A DNA stretch of 28,069 nt, from IMG/VR virus record IMGVR_UViG_3300027533_000074, positions 1 through 28,069 of that record; one strand, given 5' to 3'. The notes under the pieces are model-generated. The model saw nothing but the letters and a program-made list of their open reading frames with translations, made no database searches and had not been told where the DNA came from. Shown one piece after another: positions 1 to 9,214 of this stretch (position 1 is the first letter of the stretch; each line of letters starts with the position of its first letter). Source of the stretch: a virus (Duplodnaviria; Caudoviricetes). The position numbers and the translations under genes are program-made.

Positions 1-278
1 CAACCCGCCGGGGTTGGATTGACCGCCGGTTGCGTAGCCGTATAGACGGACGAACCAAGGGGAGTTGCGCGGAAGGCGATTTTATCGCCGTCCTTGATTG
101 CCGCGTTGTATTCAACCAACGGCCCCCGGGTATCCTTCAAGAGCGCCGCCATATCAGCTTCCGTTGCCATGAACGGCGTATTTGCGTTCAACGCCTTGAC
201 AGCTTCCGCCAGAAGATTGACCGGAGCCGTTGCCGGAGCCGGGGTAGTTGTTGCACCCTTGCGGGGACTTCGTGCCAT
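1..278 (-). CDS. Hypothetical phage protein, 3' end outside window (MARSPRKGATTTPAPATAPVNLLAEAVKAL...)
   Basis: Not in the ORF track. Read by hand from ATG 278 with RBS GGAGAACTGAAAC; frame stays open to the window edge; promoter upstream. Confidence 0.75.
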   Translation of the reverse strand, partial: MARSPRKGATTTPAPATAPVNLLAEAVKALNANTPFMATEADMAALLKDTRGPLVEYNAAIKDGDKIAFRATPLGSSVYTATQPAVNPTPAG

Positions 279-321
279 GTTTCAGTTCTCCATATCCGGA
301 GCATGATTGCCCGGTACGTTG

Positions 322-351
322 AATATAGGCATGGACGTACACCCCTGTCAA
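322..351 (-). promoter_or_regulatory. sigma70-type promoter
   Basis: TTGACA (351-346), 18 bp spacer, TATATT (327-322). Confidence 0.6.
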
Positions 352-387
352 TACGACAGGCCTACGATTGTTCGGATAGGAATTAGT

Positions 388-3300
388 TCACAAGAGCCGA
401 TAGGCAAAATGTAATGCATAAATCGTGTTAGATATGCCTACGTTTTGGGTCCACTTCCAAGACGCCTTATCAGTTGTAGCGTTCGCTTCAATACGTCCCC
501 CGTCCGCGTTCGCCAAACCGGCCATTTGGTTAGCAGCCGTCAACGCACTAGCAATAGGCAATTCAATTTGAATTTCAGTTGTCGTATTTACTAACGTAGG
601 TTGAGCCTGTATTCGTCCTGTTACCATCACATAACTGCCAATACGTAACCAAAAGAAAGAACTAGCCGTAGACGAAGTAACATTAGCAATATCAGTTAGA
701 ATAGGTACATATGTTCCGGAAGCAATATCCGCAAAGTCCGCCGCCGTATACGCTAGCAACGTCTTAGCTTGCGCTACCGTCATATCCTCCGGATCACCTG
801 TCCCCGCCGTCGCCCGTCCTTTGAACCGCGCCGTTACCATATTCGCAAGATGAACATTCGTAACCTTATCAACTCCGATAGCCGTAGCCCCGTCCCCCGT
901 ACTAGTTACATCGCCCGTATGATTGGGGTGTACGTAATTGTTAGCTCCGTCCGCTACGTTCAAAATAGTTCGGACTTGTGTAGCCGTTAAATCTACGGGG
1001 TCCGCCGTTCCAGCCGTCGCATTGCCTTTAATTCGTAGCGTAGGCATTTGCGCTAACTTAGCGTTTGTAACTACGTTAGCCTGTATTGTTTGCGCTCCGT
1101 CCCCCACAGATACAACGTCCCCGGAGTGATTAGGATGGACGTAAGTTGTACGGGTTATACTAATTTCGTCAACGTTAATAACAGACGCTAACGAACCCGC
1201 CAAATGTTGAACACGAATACGGGCAACCCGTCCACCCGCCGGAACAGTCCATGTACGCTCAATCTTCGTCCATGCGGTTGTGAACGCATTATCCATGTTG
1301 GCTGTACCGGGGACAGTTATATGCCCAATATCATAAGGAAACATCGAAATACGTAAATGGTTCGCTGAAGCTACGTCACCTTTAGCTAATACCGATATGT
1401 TCAATACTTCGCCTTCAATAACTGGAATGAATTCATTGTAAAGCACATTCGTATTAATAGGGATTTGAGCGTAGTATTCGCCCGAAATTCCGTTAGCATC
1501 ATTCATTAAAACAACACTTGTCGCCGTCCAGCCCGTTAACCCATCTTCAAAGCCGCCATTGGTGACAAGGTTACTATTAGTTGAAAGACCTTTAGCAATA
1601 ACCATCCTGACTTGGGAAGCCGTCAAGTCCTCCGGGTCATTCGTTCCCGCTGAAGTTCGCCCCTTGATTGTTTGCGTGGCCATGTTGGCCAAATGTGTAT
1701 TAGTAACCTTATCAGTTCCAATAACCGTTGCACCGTCCCCGGTAGACGTTACGTCCCCGAAATGGTTCGGATGAATATAATTATTGGCTCCGTCCGCTAC
1801 GTTCAATAACCCCCTTACTTGAGCCGGGGTTAAGTCTTGGGGGTCACCTAGCGAAGTTAGCCGCCCCTTTATCGTATCCGCCGCCATATCCGCCAACTTG
1901 GTATTAGATACGGCATTAAGCGCGATAGTTTGCGCTCCGTCTCCAACGGAAGTAACGTCCCCAAAATGGTTAGGGTGTACGTATGAACTACCGTCTACGA
2001 TAGCCAATAGCGCCCGGACTTGCGCTACGGTTAAGTCTGTGGGGTCACCCGCCCCGGCCCCTAGCGCCCGGCCTTTCATAGTATCCGCTGGCATGTCCGC
2101 CGCTTTGGCGTTCGTAACAGCGTTAGCTACAATCGTCGTAGCGCCTTCCCCTGCACTAGTAACGTCTCCCGAATGATTAGGGTGAACATAAGCGTTAGCC
2201 CCGTCCGCTACATTCAATAAGGTTCTAACTTGTGTAGCGGTCAAATCCTCCGGGTCACCCGTTCCTGTAGTTGTTCGTCCTTTGATCGTTTGAGTAGGAA
2301 CGTTAGCTAACTTAGTATTTGAAACTACATCCGCCGCTATAGTCGTATTCCCATCCGCTACAGAAACAACATCGCCCGAATGGTTAGGGTGAACATAATT
2401 AACAATATTCAAAAGGGTTCGGACTTGAGTAGCGGTCAAATCTTGCGGGTCACCTATAGAAGTTAATCGCCCTTTGAGCGTATCCGCCGCCATATCAGCA
2501 AGTTTGGTATTGCTTACCGCGTTCGCTGCGATTGTCGTATTCCCATCACTAACAGAAGTAATATCACCACTATGATTAGGATGAACGTAGTTATTGGCTC
2601 CGTCTGCAACATTGATAATAGCCCTAACTTGTGTTGGAGTTAAATCTTCAGGGTCACCCGTAGCCGCCGTAGCCCTACCCTTAATCGTTTGCGTAGGAAC
2701 GTCCGCCGCCTTAACGTTACTAACGGCATTGTTGGCAATCGTCGTAGCGTTGCTATCAACCGGGGCTGTAACGTCTCCCGTTAACGCCGAACGTCGTAGC
2801 GCCGTACCCGAAATTCCTAATGAAACTCCAACCGTAATAGGTTCGGGTTGACCCGTACCTGAAGCCGAACCCCGACCCAACAGCCGGGACGCAACTAAGT
2901 CCGGTACAAAAGCGTCTGAACCGTCTGCCCCCGCCGGACCCGTTGGACCTATCGGACCTTGAACGCCTTGAATACCTTGAGCGCCGGTTGCCCCGGGAGT
3001 ACCCGGGTTACCTTGGGGGCCTTGCGCTCCAGTTGCGCCGGGATTTCCTTGGGGACCTTGCGAGCCGGTAGCGCCCGTAGCGCCGGTATCGCCTTTCGGA
3101 CCCGCCGGGCCGGTTGCCCCGTCAACGCCGTCTGTACCGTCCGCCCCCGGAGGCCCCGTAGCCCCATCCGCGCCCGTTGGACCTATCGGCCCCGGGTCAC
3201 CTTGCGGACCCGCTGGACCCGTTGCCCCCGCTGGACCCATGGGGCCTTCTGGACCCGGGGGGCCTTGGTCACCCCCGCCCGGACCAATGGGGCCTTGTTC

Positions 3301-3786
3301 GCCTTGGGGGCCTTGTGGACCCGCCGGGCCTTCCGGACCCTCCGGACCTACCGCCCCGTCCGCCCCATCCGCTCCCGGAGGCCCGCTAGCGCCTGTAGGC
3401 CCCTCCGGACCAATAGCCCCCGGGGGGCCGGTGGGGCCAGCAACCCCGGGGGCACCGTCAGCCCCTTCCGGGCCGGGAGGCCCCGGGGGTCCATCCGCGC
3501 CGGGCTGTCCAGCCGGGCCGGGTAGCCCAATCTCAGTTACAACGGTAATTGGGCCGTCTGACGGAACTATTGAAATATCTTCAGGAACTACGGTTATAAT
3601 ATCCGTTTCTTGCGTTATCGTAATTTCTTCGTCACTATCGTCTAATACTATGTCGTCTTGTTCTGCAATATCTAACGCTGTCTCCGGCGTAGTTACCGGG
3701 TCCGATTGTTGAACTACAATAAGTTCATCCGCCGTAGGCGTTATTACGAAATCATCCGGTTCGGAATTGATTACAAAATCAGTCAT
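388..3786 (-). CDS. Long fibre protein (tail or head fibre): acidic N-terminus, collagen Gly-X-Y region, about 8 repeats of ~65-70 aa, inserted CBM-like domain, C-terminal beta-rich tip
   Basis: GPxGPx runs; repeated YVHPNH-GDV...IKGR...GDPEDLT units; [15 protein letters not shown] start typical of CBM4/9-like galactose-binding folds. Confidence 0.85.
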   Translation of the reverse strand: MTDFVINSEPDDFVITPTADELIVVQQSDPVTTPETALDIAEQDDIVLDDSDEEITITQETDIITVVPEDISIVPSDGPITVVTEIGLPGPAGQPGADGPPGPPGPEGADGAPGVAGPTGPPGAIGPEGPTGASGPPGADGADGAVGPEGPEGPAGPQGPQGEQGPIGPGGGDQGPPGPEGPMGPAGATGPAGPQGDPGPIGPTGADGATGPPGADGTDGVDGATGPAGPKGDTGATGATGSQGPQGNPGATGAQGPQGNPGTPGATGAQGIQGVQGPIGPTGPAGADGSDAFVPDLVASRLLGRGSASGTGQPEPITVGVSLGISGTALRRSALTGDVTAPVDSNATTIANNAVSNVKAADVPTQTIKGRATAATGDPEDLTPTQVRAIINVADGANNYVHPNHSGDITSVSDGNTTIAANAVSNTKLADMAADTLKGRLTSIGDPQDLTATQVRTLLNIVNYVHPNHSGDVVSVADGNTTIAADVVSNTKLANVPTQTIKGRTTTGTGDPEDLTATQVRTLLNVADGANAYVHPNHSGDVTSAGEGATTIVANAVTNAKAADMPADTMKGRALGAGAGDPTDLTVAQVRALLAIVDGSSYVHPNHFGDVTSVGDGAQTIALNAVSNTKLADMAADTIKGRLTSLGDPQDLTPAQVRGLLNVADGANNYIHPNHFGDVTSTGDGATVIGTDKVTNTHLANMATQTIKGRTSAGTNDPEDLTASQVRMVIAKGLSTNSNLVTNGGFEDGLTGWTATSVVLMNDANGISGEYYAQIPINTNVLYNEFIPVIEGEVLNISVLAKGDVASANHLRISMFPYDIGHITVPGTANMDNAFTTAWTKIERTWTVPAGGRVARIRVQHLAGSLASVINVDEISITRTTYVHPNHSGDVVSVGDGAQTIQANVVTNAKLAQMPTLRIKGNATAGTADPVDLTATQVRTILNVADGANNYVHPNHTGDVTSTGDGATAIGVDKVTNVHLANMVTARFKGRATAGTGDPEDMTVAQAKTLLAYTAADFADIASGTYVPILTDIANVTSSTASSFFWLRIGSYVMVTGRIQAQPTLVNTTTEIQIELPIASALTAANQMAGLANADGGRIEANATTDKASWKWTQNVGISNTIYALHFAYRLL
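750..2785 (-). repeat. Tandem ~200 bp coding repeats, interrupted by the CBM-like domain (~1150-1580)
   Basis: Seven Y(V/I)HPNH motifs and eight G/N/A-DP.D(L/M)T motifs in the translation; boundaries approximate. Confidence 0.9.
2917..3528 (-). repeat. Collagen-like Gly-X-Y coding repeat (~200 aa)
   Basis: Near-continuous G-X-Y triplets from GLPGPAG to GPAGADG. Confidence 0.95.
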
Positions 3787-4117
3787 TGCGGGTTATCGGG
3801 TTTGCAGCTTTGAAGTTGCCCCCAATAACATAAACCGGGTCACCCCCGTCTGTCCGCAGAAAATCAAACAGGTATTTCTTACCCGCAACTAACGCCGTCG
3901 TATTCGACGTTTTAAGCGTAAACTTGAACCGCCCCGCCGTAGCTTCAATAACTTCAAAGTTACCAAGAGCCGTTGTCAATTCGTCCAAGATAGCTACCCC
4001 TTCAACTGTCTCCCGAACATCCGCCCGAAAGGTCCAGCCGGTTATATCAATCGGCACCCCGTCACTATCTTGAACTCTAAAGATACGTTCGTAAACCGTT
4101 CCCCGGTATACTGGCAT
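3779..4117 (-). CDS. Small virion beta-sandwich protein, probable fibre attachment/adaptor
   Basis: G.....R.....[14 protein letters not shown] pattern resembles BppU-N/LtfC-like proteins that precede collagen fibres; overlaps the fibre start. Confidence 0.6.
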   Translation of the reverse strand: MPVYRGTVYERIFRVQDSDGVPIDITGWTFRADVRETVEGVAILDELTTALGNFEVIEATAGRFKFTLKTSNTTALVAGKKYLFDFLRTDGGDPVYVIGGNFKAANPITRND

Positions 4118-4126
4118 GATACCCTC

Positions 4127-4540
4127 TTACGGCGTATGTTTTTCGAAACTAAACGACAAATCCCCCAAGGGGAATTTAACCGTATCGTTTTGTGCAATCG
4201 TCTTTGGCGTATCCAACTCCCGAACCGCCAAGATATTCCCCGCCGTAACCGCGTCATGTAACGTTGTATAGGTCACGTTAACGGGCGTAACTGAAACTGA
4301 AAGACCAAATGAAGTTTCAGCGGATTGTTCAACTAGATTATCAATCCCATCATTCGCCGGAATTACGATAGCTACCGCTATTCGAGCCGCCGCCCCCGTA
4401 ATCGTAGCGCCAACCTCCGTACCCCCGGCCAACGGGTCACCATTCCAAAGCCCCACAAACAGCGACGTTGGAGCCGTAGGCATGGCCTGTCCTGCCATCC
4501 AACGGGCCAGCTTGTTAGCTAGGTATGGCGATAAATTCAT
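4127..4540 (-). CDS. Phage minor structural/tail-fibre-associated protein (Gp80-like)
   Basis: LS.YLANK...APTSLFVGL..GDP..GGTEV...L.DA.TAGN.L...PKTI...D...F..G.L motif pattern. Confidence 0.7.
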   Translation of the reverse strand: MNLSPYLANKLARWMAGQAMPTAPTSLFVGLWNGDPLAGGTEVGATITGAAARIAVAIVIPANDGIDNLVEQSAETSFGLSVSVTPVNVTYTTLHDAVTAGNILAVRELDTPKTIAQNDTVKFPLGDLSFSFEKHTP

Positions 4541-4564
4541 ATGGGTTCCCCTTGTGAATTGGGG

Positions 4565-4593
4565 ACGCTAGGCCCGTTCTGAACAAACGTCAA
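4565..4593 (-). promoter_or_regulatory. sigma70-type promoter for the fibre module
   Basis: TTGACG (4593-4588), 17 bp, TAGCGT (4570-4565). Confidence 0.55.
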
Positions 4594-4611
4594 TTCCGGG
4601 CCGGAGGGTTA

Positions 4612-4833
4612 TCAACCCTTTCCTGTCAACTCCGGTTGACCTTCAAACCTTGCAATCATTTCTTTCATTAATACAACTACGTCTTTCCTATCCGCGCCGT
4701 TAGATATATAGTTACAACGGCTATTCATATGTTCGCCGTAGGGAAAGACCATTAATACGAAACCCGTTTTACGTTCGGGTCCAACAATCTTACCGTTGAA
4801 CATACGATCAAGATACCGGGCTAACATTACCAT
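4612..4833 (-). CDS. Hypothetical phage protein
   Basis: 73 aa ORF with GGAGGG RBS; GFVLMVFPYG...NYISN pattern resembles small phage proteins. Confidence 0.75.
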   Translation of the reverse strand: MVMLARYLDRMFNGKIVGPERKTGFVLMVFPYGEHMNSRCNYISNGADRKDVVVLMKEMIARFEGQPELTGKG

Positions 4834-4896
4834 CTAACCCTCCGTTAACCTTTATATTTCGAGGCTCCGCGTTAACCCTAATAGACGGTAATTGAA

Positions 4897-5094
4897 TTAA
4901 TGCCAAGGTATCCCGAAACAATACGTTGAATGGATCAAGTCTACCATTTCGTCCGTCATATTGTTACAGCCGATAAGCCTACGAGGAATATCCGTATTGC
5001 CATGCTTATTCACGACGTAGATACAGCCGCAATCATCCGACGTAACTAGTTCTTTTGAAAGTCCTTCCCGGACATACGTTTTCTTTTTCGCCAT
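4897..5094 (-). CDS. Hypothetical protein
   Basis: 65 aa ORF, G-rich RBS, collinear with neighbours. Confidence 0.6.
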   Translation of the reverse strand: MAKKKTYVREGLSKELVTSDDCGCIYVVNKHGNTDIPRRLIGCNNMTDEMVDLIHSTYCFGIPWH

Positions 5095-5112
5095 GATAAC
5101 CCCCTGCCATGT

Positions 5113-5141
5113 AAGAAACCCCGGGGCTATTCACCCCGGGG
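5113..5141 (-). terminator. Rho-independent terminator
   Basis: CCCCGGGG-7nt-CCCCGGGG followed by TTTCTT on the - strand, just after the DUF932 stop. Confidence 0.8.
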
Positions 5142-5154
5142 CCTTCGTCGTAGG

Positions 5155-6240
5155 TTAGGCCGCAAGGGCCATTACATCGCCCGCGATACGCTCGATTGCT
5201 ACCCTGTCATCCGTCCGGCCAATTCCCCGGGCGTAGGCGGTAGCCGCCGTAGTCACGTCCCAAAGGGTTTCAATCGGGCGGTTTTCTTCCGCCGTATGCG
5301 TCATCTTCAGCAACGGAGCCAAACGCTTGCCGAACCTCTTGGCAAGGAATTCGTCCACGTCGTCAACCCGCGAAGCCTGAGCCGCCGCCACGCCGTCCGT
5401 AATGGATTTGACGGACGAATTGGAATAGGCGTCAAGGGCCGGGAGGATTTCCCCCAACCATCTATCGGGAGCCGAAACCGTATGCCGTATCTTGATTTCG
5501 GAATACTCCGTAGCACCCCAAACAATACGGTTCATACAAACGTAATCGAACAGGAAGGTACCAAGCCCGAAGGTCTTGTCCCCAACTTCCGAATTCCAAA
5601 CGAAGAAACCCCGGGCCAAAGACCCCGACGAACCATTGCGCCGGTTTGGGATTTCGATACGATTGGTTTCGTCCGCAAGGAATACGAACATATCCCTATC
5701 CGAAGCGTACAGCGTCGTATTGGACTTGTCCACAACGACAGCCTTACCGAATTCGCCCGGAACCCGCCATGAACCTGTCACGCCGTCTCCGAATTGCCGG
5801 ACCATTGATCCGACAATATCCGAATTCCAGATACGCCCATAACGCGGGCCGGTTGCGGCGCGAAGTTCCGCCGAATGTTCGTCATAGACCAGAACGCCAA
5901 CATCTTCAATGTTGCGTTTGTGCTTCAGGCCATAGTTGATACAGTCCGCCGAAATTTCCGCTGGAAGGGTCCGAAGGTAGTTGGCCGGGGCTTCCGCCAA
6001 TTGCGACAGTTGGCCAAAACTCCAGTGTGTCGGGGCATGTTCGATACCCTTGTCCCCCACAATCAGGAGGCTCTTATGGTCCTCAGACGGGACAGCTTCG
6101 ATACGCCGCGAAGATACGACGGTTTCCCGGGAATGATCCCGCTGATTGCCGAAATGCGCCAACATCGCTGTCAGCGAAGTAAAGCGTTCGTCGTCCGGTC
6201 TTGACGCCCATTGATTGGACGCCTTCATTAACGTAGCCAT
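5155..6240 (-). CDS. DUF932/DUF945-family phage protein
   Basis: S.QWASRPDDERF N-terminus; LYASDRDMFVFL, GFFVWNSEVG, DYVC.N.IVWG, IRHT motifs. Confidence 0.8.
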   Translation of the reverse strand: MATLMKASNQWASRPDDERFTSLTAMLAHFGNQRDHSRETVVSSRRIEAVPSEDHKSLLIVGDKGIEHAPTHWSFGQLSQLAEAPANYLRTLPAEISADCINYGLKHKRNIEDVGVLVYDEHSAELRAATGPRYGRIWNSDIVGSMVRQFGDGVTGSWRVPGEFGKAVVVDKSNTTLYASDRDMFVFLADETNRIEIPNRRNGSSGSLARGFFVWNSEVGDKTFGLGTFLFDYVCMNRIVWGATEYSEIKIRHTVSAPDRWLGEILPALDAYSNSSVKSITDGVAAAQASRVDDVDEFLAKRFGKRLAPLLKMTHTAEENRPIETLWDVTTAATAYARGIGRTDDRVAIERIAGDVMALAA

Positions 6241-6291
6241 GTGTAGTCCTTTCGAGGTTGTGGCGCGGTTCCTAACCGGCCTTACCCCGTC

Positions 6292-6364
6292 AACGTAGGC
6301 CCCTCCCGAACCATTGTCAAACCCTAATTTGCAGACGTTGGCATATGGTTAATTTTCCGTTAAC
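6292..6364 (-). promoter_or_regulatory. CtrA-type box plus sigma70 promoter
   Basis: TTAA-TTTTCCG-TTAAC 6349-6364; TTGACA (6320-6315), 17 bp, TACGTT. Confidence 0.8.
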
Positions 6365-6415
6365 GGGAACCGTCAAAAACATGGTTAATAAAATCCGGTT
6401 CCGCGTTAGGGTTAC

Positions 6416-6823
6416 TTATCCGTTAAGTTTGAAATATTCTTCAATTGCGGTAACAGCGTCTTGCCAACTCCAACATAAAACACAACGATAGCCTACGCTT
6501 TCAAGTTTATTAAACCACGCAACTTGACTATCCGATATACGCCCCTTACTAGTTTTCATTTCGATAAACAGCCCGTGATATCCGCCGGAGGGGACGGCTA
6601 GGAATACGTCAGGTACGCCCGCCCGAACGCCTTCCGCTTTCAGCTTGTTTGCCACAACCGGGTCACGCCAACCCCCGTTAGGGATTGCGAACAGGTTACG
6701 GAGTTGGGGATATAGCTGGAACTTCGTAGCCGCCCAACAAAATAGGGCAGCTTGTTCGCCGTGTTCGGTTCCGCTAGACGCCAACTTTTCCGGGGTCACT
6801 AAGTTTGATTTTGATTGGTACAT
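6416..6823 (-). CDS. VRR-NUC domain nuclease (phage resolvase-like)
   Basis: EH.EQ..LF.W...AIPNGG.R.....LK.EGV.AGVPD...GLFIEMK..GR.S..Q..W; start moved to ATG 6823 (GTG 6799 possible). Confidence 0.9.
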   Translation of the reverse strand: MYQSKSNLVTPEKLASSGTEHGEQAALFCWAATKFQLYPQLRNLFAIPNGGWRDPVVANKLKAEGVRAGVPDVFLAVPSGGYHGLFIEMKTSKGRISDSQVAWFNKLESVGYRCVLCWSWQDAVTAIEEYFKLNG

Positions 6824-7019
6824 TCGGGGAGGCCTCCGGTTGGGGGTACAGCTTCGCCAAATCGTCCAAGGTAAGGTTAGCGTGTTCGTCCGGGAGGGGG
6901 TGTACCGCCGCAAGTTCGCCCGTCACGTCTTTGCCCGAACGGGAGCCGGGAGGCCCGTCAGGCCATAGGGAAGGCCAGCAACGCCCGTTGTACCGAACCC
7001 ATACGAACGCCCGCCCCAT
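6774..7019 (-). CDS. Hypothetical protein (MGRAFVWVRYNGRCWPSLW...)
   Basis: 3' part of ORF 6774..7247; fills the gap between neighbours. Confidence 0.55.
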   Translation of the reverse strand: MGRAFVWVRYNGRCWPSLWPDGPPGSRSGKDVTGELAAVHPLPDEHANLTLDDLAKLYPQPEASPNVPIKIKLSDPGKVGV

Positions 7020-7083
7020 GGCCCCTAGCCTCCCCTGTGACAGCCCCAAGCCCGGGAGCATAGCCCCGGGGCCGGGTAGGCTG

Positions 7084-7272
7084 TCAATCCTCCGTTTCGT
7101 CGTCGTCGTCCTGTTCGTCGTCCGATTGTTCCGCTTCCATAGCCGCGTCTTTGATCCGTTCCGCTTCCGCTTTTTTGCGGAAGGCTGGAAGGGTGCGGTC
7201 AAAGTCCGCCGCCCGTCTAGCAGCTTCCTCAATTTCCCAAGCTTCAACTTCGTCCATGAAACTTTTCGGCAT
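7084..7272 (-). CDS. Small protein with very acidic C-terminus
   Basis: ATG 7272 after GGGAACGGAAC; ends EAEQSDDEQDDDDETED. Confidence 0.7.
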   Translation of the reverse strand: MPKSFMDEVEAWEIEEAARRAADFDRTLPAFRKKAEAERIKDAAMEAEQSDDEQDDDDETED

Positions 7273-7315
7273 GTTCCGTTCCCATTGTGGGGAAGCCCCC
7301 GTAGGGGCCTCCCGG

Positions 7316-7546
7316 TTACGCCGCATGATCCATGAGGCCAACTACGATTTTGTAGCCCCGCCCCTTGAGTAAAGCCGCCCGGCGGTTCGCTTCCGCCAAC
7401 GTCAGCCAGTTGATAACCCGGACTTCGCCGTATTGCGTCCGGTAGGCTACGGCGTACACGTCATGAGCCGGGGCCGTATGGGAGGCCAACACGTTCCGAA
7501 GATCGTTGGGGCCTTGGAAGGGAATAAACGTAACTTTGTCCGTCAT
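7316..7546 (-). CDS. Hypothetical early protein
   Basis: RBS AACGGAGAACGGCA; own promoter. Confidence 0.75.
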   Translation of the reverse strand: MTDKVTFIPFQGPNDLRNVLASHTAPAHDVYAVAYRTQYGEVRVINWLTLAEANRRAALLKGRGYKIVVGLMDHAA

Positions 7547-7572
7547 TGCCGTTCTCCGTTGCTGATAGGGGG

Positions 7573-7645
7573 AATATACACCCCCCTATCCGAAAGTCAA
7601 CTACGATCTTGACCTACGTTGGCCTACGGTTAATTTCGGGTTAAC
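7573..7645 (-). promoter_or_regulatory. CtrA-type box plus sigma70 promoter
   Basis: TTAA-TTTCGGG-TTAAC 7630-7645; TTGACT (7600-7595), 16 bp, TATATT. Confidence 0.8.
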
Positions 7646-7982
7646 GCCCCAAATATCCGTATTTGAGGCCCCGGAGGTAGCAATGGTAGTCCGGTTCGTC
7701 GTTCTCGCAATCCAACGCTTGCGCGTCCCAACGAATGGCGGTAGCCCGGTCAATCCCATGGTCCGCCTGAAGCTTGGCCATATCGGCCTCGAAAGCCGCC
7801 GCCGCCCGGACTTCGCCAGCCCGTTCCGCGTCAATGCTTTCAACGATTGCGTTCTGGAGGTAGTCCAGTTCCGCGTTCTGTTCGGCCTCAGACATAGCCG
7901 CCACATTGCGGATATATTCGCTGGAGGGACGAAACCCGTATGCGTCTTTGTGCATGTCCAAAAGGCAAGAAAGGTCGTTCAT
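7641..7982 (-). CDS. Hypothetical early phage protein (D.HKDAYGFRP motif)
   Basis: ATG 7982 after GGGAGTTACGGAA; the track's TTG start lies inside the -35; KD.YG.RP pattern recalled from small phage proteins. Confidence 0.8.
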   Translation of the reverse strand: MNDLSCLLDMHKDAYGFRPSSEYIRNVAAMSEAEQNAELDYLQNAIVESIDAERAGEVRAAAAFEADMAKLQADHGIDRATAIRWDAQALDCENDEPDYHCYLRGLKYGYLGR

Positions 7983-8011
7983 TTCCGTAACTCCCGTTTG
8001 CTGATACGCAC

Positions 8012-8084
8012 AACATACGCCGTTCCCTACGAATGTCAACTACGTCTTTAGGCTACGACGGGTTACGGTTAATTTTCGGTTAAC
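8012..8084 (-). promoter_or_regulatory. CtrA-type box plus sigma70 promoter
   Basis: TTAA-TTTTCGG-TTAAC 8069-8084; TTGACA (8039-8034), 16 bp, TATGTT. Confidence 0.8.
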
Positions 8085-8090
8085 GGGAAC

Positions 8091-8309
8091 TTACGGCACA
8101 TACCAAACAGGATTGCCGTATTCGTCGTTGAACGTTTCAACCCGATACGGAACAATTTTGTAAGGCTTGTTCCGAACGAAGTAATCTTCCGTACTTTCAA
8201 TCCAAACCGGATCAAGGATAGCAGACAGCTTGTCAAGAGCCTCCCGGATTTCAGTTTCCGAGGTTCCAGCCTTGAACACTAACACAGTTCCATTGCGTAC
8301 CATTGTCAT
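8091..8309 (-). CDS. Hypothetical protein
   Basis: GGGGAG RBS; abuts the upstream stop. Confidence 0.75.
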   Translation of the reverse strand: MTMVRNGTVLVFKAGTSETEIREALDKLSAILDPVWIESTEDYFVRNKPYKIVPYRVETFNDEYGNPVWYVP

Positions 8310-8630
8310 CTACTCCCCGAAATCGCTATCAGACCAATCGTCTGACATATGGTCCGCAAAGACCAGATAGAAGGCCTTCAGCGTAACCGCGCCGTTAGCG
8401 CGGAGCATACGGCAGCTTGCGCCCCGGGCGTTTTGGGTTTCAACCCAATTATTCGCCAGCGTCTTGGCGTGTTCAACGCTTTCCGCGTCCAACTCCAGCC
8501 AAGAGCCGTCGTCCGCTTCAACGTGGACGACAGCAACGAAGGGAACGCCCGACGAAGCACGAACCGCCCGCCCCGCCTTCGCGGGAGCCGTCAGCAAATC
8601 GCCCAACTTGGTAGCAAGAAACTTGGCCAT
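8310..8630 (-). CDS. Hypothetical early protein
   Basis: AGGAGG RBS; own promoter. Confidence 0.8.
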   Translation of the reverse strand: MAKFLATKLGDLLTAPAKAGRAVRASSGVPFVAVVHVEADDGSWLELDAESVEHAKTLANNWVETQNARGASCRMLRANGAVTLKAFYLVFADHMSDDWSDSDFGE

Positions 8631-8675
8631 GTAGGCCTCCTATGTTCGGCGCGGTATTGCGCCAGCAACTTCGCG

Positions 8676-8739
8676 AATATACGGAGCGTAATTCCGTTTG
8701 TCAACTACGCTCCGTACAGACGGTTAATTTTCGGTTAAC
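8676..8739 (-). promoter_or_regulatory. CtrA-type box plus sigma70 promoter
   Basis: TTAA-TTTTCGG-TTAAC 8724-8739; TTGACA (8704-8699), 17 bp, TATATT. Confidence 0.85.
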
Positions 8740-8753
8740 GGGAACTTTGCTCG

Positions 8754-8933
8754 TTACTTCGTCGCCAAGGCGAACTTGGTTTCGCCCATATTACGGAGGC
8801 AAGCGTTCATCTTGCGTTGTGAGGCTAGAACCGTCCGGGCTTCAACCGTAGCGATAACTTCGCCGTTCTTCAGGACTGAAAGACGGGTCTTACCGTTCGC
8901 CAGTGTTTCGCGGCTAATGTCGTATTCGTTCAT
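8754..8933 (-). CDS. Hypothetical early protein (MNEYDISRETLANGKTRL...)
   Basis: ATG 8933 after ACGGAGTTACGGAA. Confidence 0.75.
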   Translation of the reverse strand: MNEYDISRETLANGKTRLSVLKNGEVIATVEARTVLASQRKMNACLRNMGETKFALATK

Positions 8934-8973
8934 TTCCGTAACTCCGTTCAAGTTGTCCGTTCCAACAATCCGG

Positions 8974-9047
8974 AATATACGACGGGCCTACGAACAAGTC
9001 AACGATAAAAATATGGGGGTGTAATAGACGGTTAATTTTCAGTTAAC
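8974..9047 (-). promoter_or_regulatory. CtrA-type box plus sigma70 promoter
   Basis: TTAA-TTTTCAG-TTAAC 9032-9047; TTGACT (9002-8997), 17 bp, TATATT. Confidence 0.85.
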
Positions 9048-9214
9048 GGGAACTTTTGCCGGATATCCAGCCGGGAATGGAGTAAGGTTAGCGTCCGGTA
9101 TTCGTCCCAATCAGTAGCCGTCCGGCCCCGAACCGCCATGACGAACGCCCGCCCGGACCTTGTGGGGGTACAGGTAACAGACAACCTCCGTTCCGGAATT
9201 ACTCCGTCCGCCAT
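9032..9214 (-). CDS. Possible small hypothetical protein (MADGVIPERRLSV...)
   Basis: 3' part of ORF 9032..9445; GGAG close to ATG; fills a gap. Confidence 0.35.
   Translation of the reverse strand: MADGVIPERRLSVTCTPTRSGRAFVMAVRGRTATDWDEYRTLTLLHSRLDIRQKFPLTEN

Noticed and set aside
30-386. Track ORFs 30..386, 94..306 and 154..351
   Set aside because: Overlap a better supported - strand gene from ATG 278 that has an RBS and promoter
388-2785. Fibre repeats as DGR template/variable regions
   Set aside because: Repeats are in-frame protein repeats with general divergence; no reverse transcriptase in the window
2959-3712. Pro/Gly-rich + strand ORFs (e.g. 3239..3712, 2959..3525)
   Set aside because: Antisense shadows of the collagen codons; no RBS
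7050-7072. CCCGGG hairpin as a terminator
   Set aside because: Imperfect stem and no U tract
6345-9055. 28-bp repeats as a CRISPR array or integron attC sites
   Set aside because: Spacing is hundreds of bp and contains whole genes with promoters; no long attC-like hairpin and no integrase in the window
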